Assembly: GCA_964477865.1 (NCBI GenBank)
Contig: CAYZEV010000006.1
Location: 734-64,733, forward strand
Length of the DNA: 64,000 bases
Direction of reading: 5' to 3'
Origin: an uncultured Methanomassiliicoccaceae archaeon
Lineage (GTDB): Archaea; Thermoplasmatota; Thermoplasmata; Methanomassiliicoccales; Methanomassiliicoccaceae
Of this stretch, positions 27,158-35,891 are shown in pieces; the stretch's first letter is position 1, and each line of letters begins with the position of its first letter. The notes beneath the pieces were generated by a model. The model was given only the letters and a program-made list of their open reading frames with translations, was not told the origin of the DNA and did no database searches. Position numbers and translations under genes: made by a program.

Positions 27158-28102
27158 TCAGATCCGCCCTGTGGCGACCTGCATGGCCATAGGCAGGATG
27201 TTCCCGAAGTCCTCGGGATAATCGTGCCCGATGCCCTTGGAGATATGCAGCAGATTAGGATGCTGGGCACAATCTAGAGCGTCGGCCAGCCTCTTCGCTC
27301 CGGACAGGCATTCGGTGTCCTGGTCGCCGATGAGGGTGAATATGCCCTTCCCCGACAGGGCGGCGACCCGGGGCAACCAGTCCTCGATCTCCGGCAACCA
27401 CGGCCCGACCAATATTGCTCCCTTGACCTCGACGATATCGTTCAGGAGCGCGTAAAGGGCCAATCGGGCCCCGGCCGAGAAGCCGGCGAGTATGACGTCC
27501 CTATCTTCCAGCTCGCCCTGGGCTTTCAGCGACCCATAGGCGGCCTTCAGGTCCTTAATCCCGGCCTCGATATCATCCCAGACGAACGCTTCGTAGAAGG
27601 ATATCTGCGACGATTGAACGAAGGCCATGTCGTTGCCGGCCTCGATGGCCGCAGACCAGTCCTCCTGGGCGATGGCCGCGTTCTGCATGTTCCCGTGCAG
27701 CATGATGATGAACGGCTTCCGCCCCCCAGCATTCTTTCCTTTAACGACGAATAGCTCGCTCTTCGCCGTGGCCTTCGCTTCCCTCTCCCGCTCCGCGCAG
27801 ACGTCCAGCAACCGCTGGAACCCCGGCAGTTCGGTCGCAGGCTTGATGTCCTCGTCCTCGAGGAGGTACTTGCTGGTGTACCAGCACCCCTTCTCGAACA
27901 CCGCCTCTTCCAACAAGGCCCGGCCCAGTTCGGGGCGGTCGGCGCGGCAGGCCAGGGACGCCCGGAAGTCGTACACCTGAGCATCGTTACGCGGGACGTG
28001 GTCTGCGTTAGCGGTCATCAGGGAGTAGCCTTCCCAGAACTTGCCATCGCGATACAGCCCCATTCCTTTGTTGATCAGATTGGTGAAGGTCATTCCTGAC
28101 AT
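27158..28102 (-). CDS. Alpha/beta hydrolase (carboxylesterase/dienelactone-hydrolase-like) with helical N-terminal domain
   Basis: 314 aa with nucleophile elbow GFSAGA, a late ..GDQD.. and ..GHDYP.. consistent with a Ser-Asp-His triad. Confidence 0.65.
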   Translation of the reverse strand: MSGMTFTNLINKGMGLYRDGKFWEGYSLMTANADHVPRNDAQVYDFRASLACRADRPELGRALLEEAVFEKGCWYTSKYLLEDEDIKPATELPGFQRLLDVCAEREREAKATAKSELFVVKGKNAGGRKPFIIMLHGNMQNAAIAQEDWSAAIEAGNDMAFVQSSQISFYEAFVWDDIEAGIKDLKAAYGSLKAQGELEDRDVILAGFSAGARLALYALLNDIVEVKGAILVGPWLPEIEDWLPRVAALSGKGIFTLIGDQDTECLSGAKRLADALDCAQHPNLLHISKGIGHDYPEDFGNILPMAMQVATGRI

Positions 28103-28263
28103 GGTGGGATCGACCTGAGAACCACGCCATGGATAATGAATCTAGTCCAGTGTGCCGTTTTCCGATTCATCCTTGCTACATGCTAGTCTGCTACTTGTTA
28201 CCATGTAGCATATATTATAAATATGGGAATTGAAATAAGTGCTCCTGTTCACCAGGTGACCCT

Positions 28264-28383
28264 ATGCTGGGTATAGACGACCCTTTGATCGTTATCGGAT
28301 ACGTTCTATCCATTGGGCTGGCAGCGACCTGCGTCCTGTACGGCTGGCTAAAGAAGGAGAAGGGAGAGACGAACAATGGTTGA
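28264..28383 (+). CDS. Small (39 aa) single-TM protein, putative symporter accessory subunit
   Basis: MLGIDDPLIVIGYVLSIGLAATCVLYGWLKKEKGETNNG. Its stop overlaps the start of the symporter (ATGgtTGA). Too short for the ORF track. Confidence 0.45.
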   Translation: MLGIDDPLIVIGYVLSIGLAATCVLYGWLKKEKGETNNG

Positions 28384-29953
28384 TACCGCAATTTTCGCAG
28401 TATGTACTATCTTGTACCTCGGGGTCACCATGTACCTCGGCTACCTGGGCTATCGCCATACCAAGGGTGCCGATGATTATATGGTCGCCGGCCGGAACGT
28501 GAAACCCTGGGTCCTGGGGTTGTCGTATGGAGCGACGTTCATCTCCACCTCGGCGATCGTCGGGTTCGGCGGTATCGCCGCGCTATACGGTTCTGGGCTC
28601 ATCTGGCTCACCGTCCTCAACATCGGCCTGGGCATCCTTATCGCCTTCATCCTCTATGGCAAGAAGACCAGGGAAATAGGCCATAAGCTGAACGCGGTGA
28701 CATTTCCCGACCTACTGGGAAAGAGGTTCAAATCACCATTCATGCAGTATGCCACCGGCGTGATGATCCTCGTTGCCATGCCCCTGTACTGCGCGGCCAT
28801 CATCATCGGTGGCGCCTGGTTCATCCACACGACATTCAACCTGGATTACAATCTAGCCCTCCTCGGCTTCGCCCTTATCACCGCTTCCTATGTCATCTTC
28901 GGTGGGCTGATCGCGGTCATGTATACCGACGCGATGCAGGGGGTCCTCATGCTAGTGGGGATGACCATCTTGCTGGTGCTTACATTCATAAGCGTGGGAG
29001 GGGTCGAGCAGGGTTTCACCAGCCTGAACAATCTGTCCCCCCAGATCCCCACGTTCCTGCAGACTGGCGGTCTTCACTCCTGGACGAGCATGCCCGATCT
29101 CGGCTCCAACATCTGGTTCACGCTGGTCACCACCATAGTCATGGGCGTTGGAATCGGAGTGCTGGCCCAGCCGCAGCTCAGCGTCCGGTTCCTCGCCGCT
29201 AAGGACGACAGGTCCCTCAATCGGGCAGTGTCCGTCGGCGGTCCCTTCCTGTTAATGATGACCGGCGTGGCGTTCACGGTCGGCCCGCTGACCAACGTAT
29301 GGTTTTGGAACAACACCGGCAAGATCGCCTACGAGGCCGCCGGCAGGAACGTGGACAACATCATCCCGCTCTACATCAACTCGGCCATGCCCGACCTGTT
29401 CATCGTGGTCTTCCTGCTAGTACTATTGGCTGCGGCCATGTCCACCCTGAGCTCGATCTTCCACACCATGGGGACCACCGCCGGCTATGACCTCTACAAG
29501 CATATCGCCAAGAAGGAGCGCCCCTCGAAAAGCATCGCCCAGGTAGGTACGGCATTGATGATCGTGGCGTCGGTCGCGCTCGCCTTCATCATGCCCAGCA
29601 ACATAATCGCCCGCGCCACCGCCATGTTCATGGGCCTGTGCGCCTGCGCCTTCCTGCCGGCGCTCACCTATGCACTGTACAGCAAGCATCCGGTGGCATT
29701 GCCGGCCAAGCTCAGCCTCGTGGTCGGCGCGACATCCTGGTTCCTATGGACCATATTTGTCCACACCGCCGAAGCGGCACAACTGGGGATCTGCAAGGCG
29801 CTGTTCGGGCAAGTGACCCTACTGAGTACGCCCTTCAGCGTCATCGACCCCATAATCATCGGACTTCCGCTGGCCATCATCACCCTGGTGATCGGAATCG
29901 CGGTCACTTCGGTCTACGGAAAAGAGGTGGAGAAGGTCGCCGGGACCGACTGA
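28376..29953 (+). CDS. Sodium:solute symporter (SSS) family transporter
   Basis: 525 aa with 13-14 hydrophobic helices and an N-terminal ..YLGYRHTKGADDYMVAGRN.. typical of the SSS family. Confidence 0.8.
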   Translation: MVDTAIFAVCTILYLGVTMYLGYLGYRHTKGADDYMVAGRNVKPWVLGLSYGATFISTSAIVGFGGIAALYGSGLIWLTVLNIGLGILIAFILYGKKTREIGHKLNAVTFPDLLGKRFKSPFMQYATGVMILVAMPLYCAAIIIGGAWFIHTTFNLDYNLALLGFALITASYVIFGGLIAVMYTDAMQGVLMLVGMTILLVLTFISVGGVEQGFTSLNNLSPQIPTFLQTGGLHSWTSMPDLGSNIWFTLVTTIVMGVGIGVLAQPQLSVRFLAAKDDRSLNRAVSVGGPFLLMMTGVAFTVGPLTNVWFWNNTGKIAYEAAGRNVDNIIPLYINSAMPDLFIVVFLLVLLAAAMSTLSSIFHTMGTTAGYDLYKHIAKKERPSKSIAQVGTALMIVASVALAFIMPSNIIARATAMFMGLCACAFLPALTYALYSKHPVALPAKLSLVVGATSWFLWTIFVHTAEAAQLGICKALFGQVTLLSTPFSVIDPIIIGLPLAIITLVIGIAVTSVYGKEVEKVAGTD

Positions 29954-30000
29954 ACCTCGCCGGGGACCGAACGGCCCAAGGAATAATACCTCCGCTGAGC

Positions 30001-30486
30001 ATGACGGACATCATGGCCTGGGAACCGGAGGTGGGAGCGAGGGCACCCGAGTTCGAGCTTCCGGAGGCGTACGGCGGCACCGTCCGCCTATCGGAGGCGC
30101 TGGCCAGGCGCTCCGTGGTCCTGGTGTTCTATCCGTCCGACTGGGGCGTCATGTGCGCGGTGGAGCTGAGGATGCTCCAGGGCCTGGGGCCGAAGTTCGA
30201 GGAAGTGGGGGCCCAGGTCGTGGCCATCTCCACCAACAGCGTTTTCTGCCATTCGGCCTGGAAGATCCATATGAAATTCACATTCCCGCTGCTGGCGGAC
30301 TTCGACGGCCAGGTGAGCGACTCCTATGGCGTGCTGGTGGGGGAAGAGGGATATATGATGGGGCGCTCGATGAGGGCAGTGTTCATCGTGGACCGCGAGG
30401 GCATCGTGAGGTATCGATGGGTGACCTATGATAATGCTAGCGAGCCCGACTACGAACAACTGCTCGACGTCTGTTCTCTTCTGTAA
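30001..30486 (+). CDS. Peroxiredoxin-like (AhpC/TSA/BCP fold) protein
   Basis: ATG at 30001 inside track ORF 29638..30486. ..APEFELP..VVLVFYPSDWGVMCAVE.. and ..VFCHSAW.. indicate a Prx fold. Confidence 0.7.
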   Translation: MTDIMAWEPEVGARAPEFELPEAYGGTVRLSEALARRSVVLVFYPSDWGVMCAVELRMLQGLGPKFEEVGAQVVAISTNSVFCHSAWKIHMKFTFPLLADFDGQVSDSYGVLVGEEGYMMGRSMRAVFIVDREGIVRYRWVTYDNASEPDYEQLLDVCSLL

Positions 30487-30495
30487 CGCTGATCA

Positions 30496-31056
30496 TTATT
30501 CCATCATCAGTTCCAGCTGATAGAACTCCGGGAAGCTCCACGACCTGATCTTCTTGAAGCCGGGGAACGCGGCCAGCATCTCCTCCTCGCTCATCCTCTC
30601 ATGGAGAGGAGGCCCGAAGCTGGTCTCATTCTTGGGGAAGTCCACGATGCTCAGCCTCCCTCCTTTCCTAAGGCAGCGCCGGAGCTCCGATGCCAGAAGC
30701 GGCTTGTCCGCCACTTCGTGGGCGACATTCACCATGACGGCCCGGTCGATGGACCGGTCGTTGAAGGGCAACGGGGGTAGCTCGCCGAGAACGGGAACAA
30801 CCTTTGTCTTTAGGTCGGCCGGCACGTTCGCCATGAGGGCGTCCAGCATCTCCTGTTGAGCGTCCAACCCCAGGACCTTTGTGACACGGCGCGCCAGCGG
30901 TACGGTCACGTAACCATTCCCGCACCCCAGGTCGGCGGCGACCTCCGTTGGGGCGGGGTCCATCCGTTCCACGATCCCCTCGGCCGGCTGGACCTGGCGG
31001 CGGTGCTCGTCGTTCAATCTCTTCATATCTCCCGCGTGAAATCGATGACCCGTCAT
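30496..31056 (-). CDS. Class I SAM-dependent methyltransferase
   Basis: 186 aa with motif I VAADLGCGNGY. It overlaps the stop of the upstream gene by 4 nt. Confidence 0.75.
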   Translation of the reverse strand: MTGHRFHAGDMKRLNDEHRRQVQPAEGIVERMDPAPTEVAADLGCGNGYVTVPLARRVTKVLGLDAQQEMLDALMANVPADLKTKVVPVLGELPPLPFNDRSIDRAVMVNVAHEVADKPLLASELRRCLRKGGRLSIVDFPKNETSFGPPLHERMSEEEMLAAFPGFKKIRSWSFPEFYQLELMME

Positions 31057-31727
31057 TTCTTTTCCTCCAACACTGCCTTCGTGACCTTCAACGACCCCCC
31101 GTCCCGGGTCGTGGCCACTTCCTGATCGACGATGCGCATCGCCTGGCGGTGCAACGGAGAATCCATCGTCAGGGTCTCGTACTCTCCGCCCTCGCCGGCT
31201 AGGTTCATGCCTTTCTTAGAGGCGATGGCCCGCAGCTCGACGAGCGAGCGGGCATCTATCTCCCGGCCCAGCCAGGTGCTGTCGAGCCCTTCCGCCGAAA
31301 CGCTGACCAGTATGGCCCGGATACCGGCGTCCACCAGCTCTTCCATGAGCAAGCCCTGGTCCTTCCTCCACAGCGGGGAGAAGGCCCTCAGGCCCAGCTC
31401 GTCGCACACGTGGTTGATGCGGTCCCACTGGTAGTCCGAGGCGATGGCCCCGGTGATGACGCCGTCCACGTCAAGATGTGACAGCACGTCCCTCAGCGCC
31501 CGGAGGTCGTCCTCCTCTGTTCCGACGCTACTGGCCACGACCAGCTCCTTCCCCATGGCCTTGGCCATCAGGGGAAGCACGTCCAGGTTCGGAGTATGGA
31601 AGACCCAGGAATGGGGATCGCTCGGCCGGATATTGACCAGGGTATCAACGGAGTGCCCTTGCTGCTCCATAAGATAAGTAGCGAACGTGGAATCCTTTCC
31701 CCCGGAGAACAGAGAGGCCAAACGCAT
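31053..31727 (-). CDS. dph6: Diphthine-ammonia ligase-like PP-loop ATPase (MJ0570/Dph6 family)
   Basis: 224 aa with N-terminal LFSGGKDS PP-loop and ..EGGEYETL.. near the C-terminus. Confidence 0.7.
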   Translation of the reverse strand: MRLASLFSGGKDSTFATYLMEQQGHSVDTLVNIRPSDPHSWVFHTPNLDVLPLMAKAMGKELVVASSVGTEEDDLRALRDVLSHLDVDGVITGAIASDYQWDRINHVCDELGLRAFSPLWRKDQGLLMEELVDAGIRAILVSVSAEGLDSTWLGREIDARSLVELRAIASKKGMNLAGEGGEYETLTMDSPLHRQAMRIVDQEVATTRDGGSLKVTKAVLEEKK

Positions 31728-31764
31728 GGTTGCAGAATGCAGCTCCCTGCCTTATAGGTTCAGC

Positions 31765-32961
31765 CTAGTCAACGACCCCTCCCTTGCGAGAGGAGCTTGC
31801 CGTTCCAACTTCATATGCCTCGGCGGCATGACGGACGACCAGGGGCCGGTTGACGGCGGCCCTTGCCTTGTTTCGTATGTTCTTCGATGCGTTGTGGTCG
31901 GCATGCTCCGCGTGACCGCAGCTTAGGCATACGAACGATGCTTGTGACCTACGATTGTCCTCGTGCACGAACCCGCATTCGCTACAGCGTTGCGACGTGT
32001 ACGCCGGGTCTACCAGGACCACGGGGACGCCAGCCAACTTCGCCTTATACTCGATGTCGAAGCGAAGCTGGTGGAACGCCCACTTTGAACTGCCGTCGTT
32101 GAACGCCTTCTTAGCCGTGACCTGGCGTGGGATGTACGTCAGTTCCTCCAACGCTATCCCTCGTCCGGTGCCTTTGGCCTCGGCGACCAGTTCCTTCGAT
32201 ATGCAGTGGTTTGTATCGGCCTTGAAGTTCGCTTCGCGGCGGTCGAGCTTGCTGAGATGCTTGTACGCCGACTTCGTCCCAGCTCGTTGGAACTTCTGTC
32301 TAAGGCGAACGTATTTCTTGCGGTTCGCTTCGCAGGCATCGCCGCAGTGGAGCTGGCCGTCCGATGTGGAGAGGATGTTCTTCCTACCGAGGTCGCAGCC
32401 GATGTAATCGGCGACGACCATCGGCGGTTCGTTAGGCACCTCGTAGCTGACGCTGAGGTAGAACTCCTTCTTGCGGTAGAGCAGGTCACACTCGCCCCTG
32501 AGCGTGCTAATGTCGAGGTCGGCGTACTTGCCGCTGAGGACGATCGATACGACCACACGACCGCCTAATGTCAGGATGGATACTTTGTCCCGTCCTTTCC
32601 ACGAGAGGCAGCGAGCGTCGTAGGCGACCGCCCCTTGCTTCTTAAACTTGTGCTGCACGAGTTCCTCGGGCGGCGTGCCTTTCTCCCGCATCCGGTTACG
32701 GATGCGGAGGTTCTCCACATCGGTGACGTAAGAGTCCCGGACCTTCTTGATGTCACGAACGACCATCTGGGCCGATAGGCCAAAGTCTGCTCTGATGCCA
32801 CGATAGCACCGCTTGTGAAGACGGAACTGGTTCCAATCGTGGTCGTGGAAGGCTATCGCTGAAACCTTGTTGCACGCCTCGTTCCTGCGCTCCATTGTCT
32901 GGAGCAGGAGAGCGTGCTGCTCCACAGTGGGTAGCAGTTTCAGCTTGGCGGTCACTATCAT
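31765..32961 (-). CDS. tnpB: TnpB (IS200/IS605 OrfB) RNA-guided endonuclease family protein
   Basis: 398 aa with RuvC-like IGCDLGRKN (D), GIALEEL (E) and HADHNASKNI (D). Zinc finger is CSECG..x..CLSCGH. Confidence 0.85.
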   Translation of the reverse strand: MIVTAKLKLLPTVEQHALLLQTMERRNEACNKVSAIAFHDHDWNQFRLHKRCYRGIRADFGLSAQMVVRDIKKVRDSYVTDVENLRIRNRMREKGTPPEELVQHKFKKQGAVAYDARCLSWKGRDKVSILTLGGRVVVSIVLSGKYADLDISTLRGECDLLYRKKEFYLSVSYEVPNEPPMVVADYIGCDLGRKNILSTSDGQLHCGDACEANRKKYVRLRQKFQRAGTKSAYKHLSKLDRREANFKADTNHCISKELVAEAKGTGRGIALEELTYIPRQVTAKKAFNDGSSKWAFHQLRFDIEYKAKLAGVPVVLVDPAYTSQRCSECGFVHEDNRRSQASFVCLSCGHAEHADHNASKNIRNKARAAVNRPLVVRHAAEAYEVGTASSSRKGGVVD

Positions 32962-33085
32962 GGCGTCACCATATCCTTGTGTCAGGACAATACCATTGCC
33001 TTTACCTGTATGCTCTCAGTACGCATCCTGGTGCGGCTTCCTCCCCCCGCTTTCGCAGGGGGCCTCCGCCGCACACGATTTCGAT
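31765..33085 (-). mobile_element. Stand-alone tnpB element (IS1341-like member of IS200/IS605), ends approximate
   Basis: tnpB has no adjacent tnpA. An imperfect 42-nt hairpin lies at 33032-33073 in the 160-nt upstream region. The element must fit between TATA-like boxes of the flanking genes at 31750-31756 and 33090-33098. Confidence 0.55.
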
Positions 33086-33121
33086 GAACTTTTTATATCG
33101 AGGAATTCCAATGGACCGTCC

Positions 33122-33283
33122 ATGTACTGCCCGCGCTGTGAACGGAGCATCAAGGACAAGAACCTGGACGAATTGAACAAGGAGCTGAAGGCCAAGTTCG
33201 ACCAGGATTCGTTGGAGCACGGCGACTGCCCCGTCTGCGGTACACCCCTCATAAGTCTGAACAAGAAGAAGGTGCAAACGTGA
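33122..33283 (+). CDS. Small zinc-ribbon protein
   Basis: 53 aa, MYCPRCE..x..GDCPVCGT. ATG at 33122 inside track ORF 32867..33283. Its stop overlaps the GTG start of the next gene. Confidence 0.5.
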   Translation: MYCPRCERSIKDKNLDELNKELKAKFDQDSLEHGDCPVCGTPLISLNKKKVQT

Positions 33284-33987
33284 GGCTGGACGAGCTGTCA
33301 TCCACCGAGTTCAAGAAGATCATGAAGAAGAAGCCCATCGTTTTCCTCCCCATCGGAGGCACCGAGGCCCACTCATCCCACCTCCCTCTGTGCACCGATT
33401 CCCTGCAGCCGGAGTTCGTCGCCGACGCCGTGGCGGAAAGGGTCGGCGGGCTGGTCGCCCCCTCCCTCCGCTATGCTTTTCATTCATCGACCCGGAACAT
33501 GCCGGGGACCATCGGCCTCGGGTTCGAGACCACCATCCGGGTGGTCCGGGACATCCTGGGTTCGCTCGTGGACAACGGGGCAGATAAGTTAGTGGTCATC
33601 AGCGGCCACGCCGGTTCGTCGCACATGAACGCGCTCCGGCAGGCCTGCGTGGAGGTGGTGGAGGAGCATGGGGTCAAGCTGATGCTCCTGACAGACTATG
33701 ACATCGCCAAACGGTTCCCTGAGGACCAGAGGGGAGACGGCCACGGCGGCAAGATGGAAACGTCCCGGATGCTGGCCATCGCCCCACATCTGGTGAAGCC
33801 GCAGAAGAAGGTCGGGAGGTACGTCAGCCAAGGATACATGATCCTCTCGGACCCGGAGCGGTCCATGCCCGACGGCTTCGTGGGCGACGCCCCCGCCGCC
33901 TCGGCCGATCTGGGGGAGCGGCTAAATTCGTACATCATCGACCAGCTGACCGCCGAGGTGCAGCGGTCCTTCGGGGTGGAACGATGA
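33280..33987 (+). CDS. Creatininase-family amidohydrolase (possibly ArfB-type)
   Basis: 235 aa with ..PIGGTEAHSSHLPLCTD.. and ..ISGHAGS.. motifs of the creatininase fold. Confidence 0.7.
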   Translation: MRLDELSSTEFKKIMKKKPIVFLPIGGTEAHSSHLPLCTDSLQPEFVADAVAERVGGLVAPSLRYAFHSSTRNMPGTIGLGFETTIRVVRDILGSLVDNGADKLVVISGHAGSSHMNALRQACVEVVEEHGVKLMLLTDYDIAKRFPEDQRGDGHGGKMETSRMLAIAPHLVKPQKKVGRYVSQGYMILSDPERSMPDGFVGDAPAASADLGERLNSYIIDQLTAEVQRSFGVER

Positions 33988-34655
33988 ACGAGCGGAAGCT
34001 TCAGGCGGCCAGGAAGGCCGTGGAGTTCGTGCAGGATGGGATGGTGCTGGGCCTGGGCACCGGCTCGACCACCCGGCTGGCGGTCGACGAGATAGGCAAA
34101 CTGGTCAAGAACGGCTACCGGCTGGTGGGCATCCCCACCTCGGTGGAGACGGAGAAGCAGGCCCGCTCGTTGGGCATACCGCTCACCACCCTGGACCAGG
34201 TCGACCACATCGACCTCACCATCGACGGCGCGGACGAGGTCGACCCCCACTTCCGGCTTATCAAGGGGCTGGGCGGAGCGCTTCTCAGGGAGAAGATCGT
34301 GGCCTACCATTCCAAACGTGAGATAATCATCGTGGACGACTCCAAGATGGTCGAGACCCTGGGGGTCAAGACCCCCTTACCGGTGGAAGTCGTGCAATTC
34401 AGCCACCTGCGCACCAAGCGATCGATCGAAGCGCTGGGCTGTGTGGCGACACTGAGGGGGGGCACGAACCCGTTCGTCACAGACAATGGCAACGTCATCT
34501 ATGACTGCAAGTTCAAAGAAATAAGCGAGCCGGAGAGGCTTGAGTCCGGGCTCAACTCCATCCCGGGGGTCGTGGAGAACGGCCTATTCCTCGGGCTGGC
34601 GACCTGTGTGGTCGTGGGGACGGAAAGGGGTACTGTGGTGAAAGAGAAGATCTAG
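33984..34655 (+). CDS. rpiA: Ribose-5-phosphate isomerase A
   Basis: Motifs GLGTGSTT, DGADEVD and KGLGGALLREK; 223 aa. Confidence 0.9.
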   Translation: MNERKLQAARKAVEFVQDGMVLGLGTGSTTRLAVDEIGKLVKNGYRLVGIPTSVETEKQARSLGIPLTTLDQVDHIDLTIDGADEVDPHFRLIKGLGGALLREKIVAYHSKREIIIVDDSKMVETLGVKTPLPVEVVQFSHLRTKRSIEALGCVATLRGGTNPFVTDNGNVIYDCKFKEISEPERLESGLNSIPGVVENGLFLGLATCVVVGTERGTVVKEKI

Positions 34656-35026
34656 CCCTGCTGGATGGCGGCCTGCTTCAGGGCCTTGACGTTGTTCTGG
34701 ATGTCCTCGATCCTCTTCATCTCGTCCTTCTCCAAGGTCTCGATGATCTTGTCGAACGGCAGGGCCAGCTTATAGGAGTGGACCGGCCTTCCCTTACCCT
34801 CTTTCTTGATATCCCTCTTGATGACCCACTTGCGTCGGCGTAGCTCCTGCATCGCAATGGAAACCTCGGGCTGCCTCAGCGCAGTGGAGATCTCTATCTC
34901 CACCGATGTGGTCTCCTCTTTCTTGCGCAGAAACACCAGGGTCTTTGCCACGTTCTTGGGCATGTCGGTGCGCATAAGGAGCTTGACGAGCGTTTCGTCC
35001 TTTTTCGTAAAGCCTCTCTCATTCAT
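34652..35026 (-). CDS. Winged-helix (ArsR-like) transcriptional regulator
   Basis: 124 aa with ..VAKTLVFLRKKEETTSVEIEISTALRQPEVSIAMQELRRRKWV..GRPVHSYKL. Confidence 0.65.
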   Translation of the reverse strand: MNERGFTKKDETLVKLLMRTDMPKNVAKTLVFLRKKEETTSVEIEISTALRQPEVSIAMQELRRRKWVIKRDIKKEGKGRPVHSYKLALPFDKIIETLEKDEMKRIEDIQNNVKALKQAAIQQG

Positions 35027-35425
35027 AATTTATCTTAATCAATTATTAATGACAGCATATATATCACTTTCTATTTCACCTAGTGATATCGTGCAACTAC
35101 CTTTAGCCAGCTATCTTTTTTCCATTCATATGATGACAATATTATCAAATCTTACAAACAAAAAATGATATGGCATTTTTAGTGTTATCTATTCAGATTA
35201 TATTTAAAAATTATGCCTCATGCGTACCTCGGATGGCAATATGAAGCTGGGATCAGGGCTTCGACGCAGACGGGTGGGACGGCCACGGCACATGTCCCCA
35301 CTAATATATGTCCCGAGATGGTAAAAAATACGTTATCCAGATGGTCTGTTTTTGCCCCCTCTCCCGTTGCTAACATTTTAAATAGATAATGCGTATTAGG
35401 TGAGTTCACTTCGTTAGGTGTTACA

Positions 35426-35704
35426 ATGAAAATGCCTCACACTGTCAAGACATATTGCCCCTGGTGCAAGCTTCATACGGCTCATGAAGTTGAGAGAGTA
35501 AAAAAGAGAAAGGCCAGTGAGCTCAAGTGGGGGCAGAGGAGATTCAGGCGTGCGACTTCCGGATACGGCGGATTCCCCAGGCCCAAGCCAGAGGGGAGAG
35601 AGAAGCCGACCAAGAGGGTCGCTCTTCGTTACAGATGCAAGATCTGTAAGAAGGCGCTGCAGAGGCCCTGCTTCAGGGCCAAAAAGTTCGAACTGGAGGA
35701 GTGA
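35426..35704 (+). CDS. rpl44e: 50S ribosomal protein L44e
   Basis: 92 aa with [15 protein letters not shown] and ..YRCKICKK.. forming a four-Cys zinc site. An aggtg SD lies upstream. Confidence 0.9.
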   Translation: MKMPHTVKTYCPWCKLHTAHEVERVKKRKASELKWGQRRFRRATSGYGGFPRPKPEGREKPTKRVALRYRCKICKKALQRPCFRAKKFELEE

Positions 35705-35709
35705 TTTAC

Positions 35710-35889
35710 ATGGCAGAGATTCACACTGGCAAGTTCATCAAGGTGAAGTGCCCCGACTGCGGCAACGAACAGATCACCTTCAAGAACCCGGCCACCAACG
35801 TAGCATGTAATGTATGCGGGTCCACACTCGTTAAGACCAGAGGCGGCGCGGGCGAACTGCGCGGTACGCTGGTTGAGGTGGTCGATTAA
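35710..35889 (+). CDS. rps27e: 30S ribosomal protein S27e
   Basis: 59 aa with FIKVKCPDCGNEQ..CNVCGS zinc ribbon. ATG at 35710 inside track ORF 35701..35889. Confidence 0.9.
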   Translation: MAEIHTGKFIKVKCPDCGNEQITFKNPATNVACNVCGSTLVKTRGGAGELRGTLVEVVD

Positions 35890-35891
35890 GA

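Noticed and set aside
35120-35200. An atgatga ... tgatat ... tcaga arrangement, examined as a possible C/D-box sRNA near the Nop10/ribosomal cluster.
   Set aside because: Box spacing and sequences do not fit the C-D'-C'-D layout (no CUGA boxes at about 12-nt guide spacing). The region is so AT-rich that such hexamers are expected by chance.
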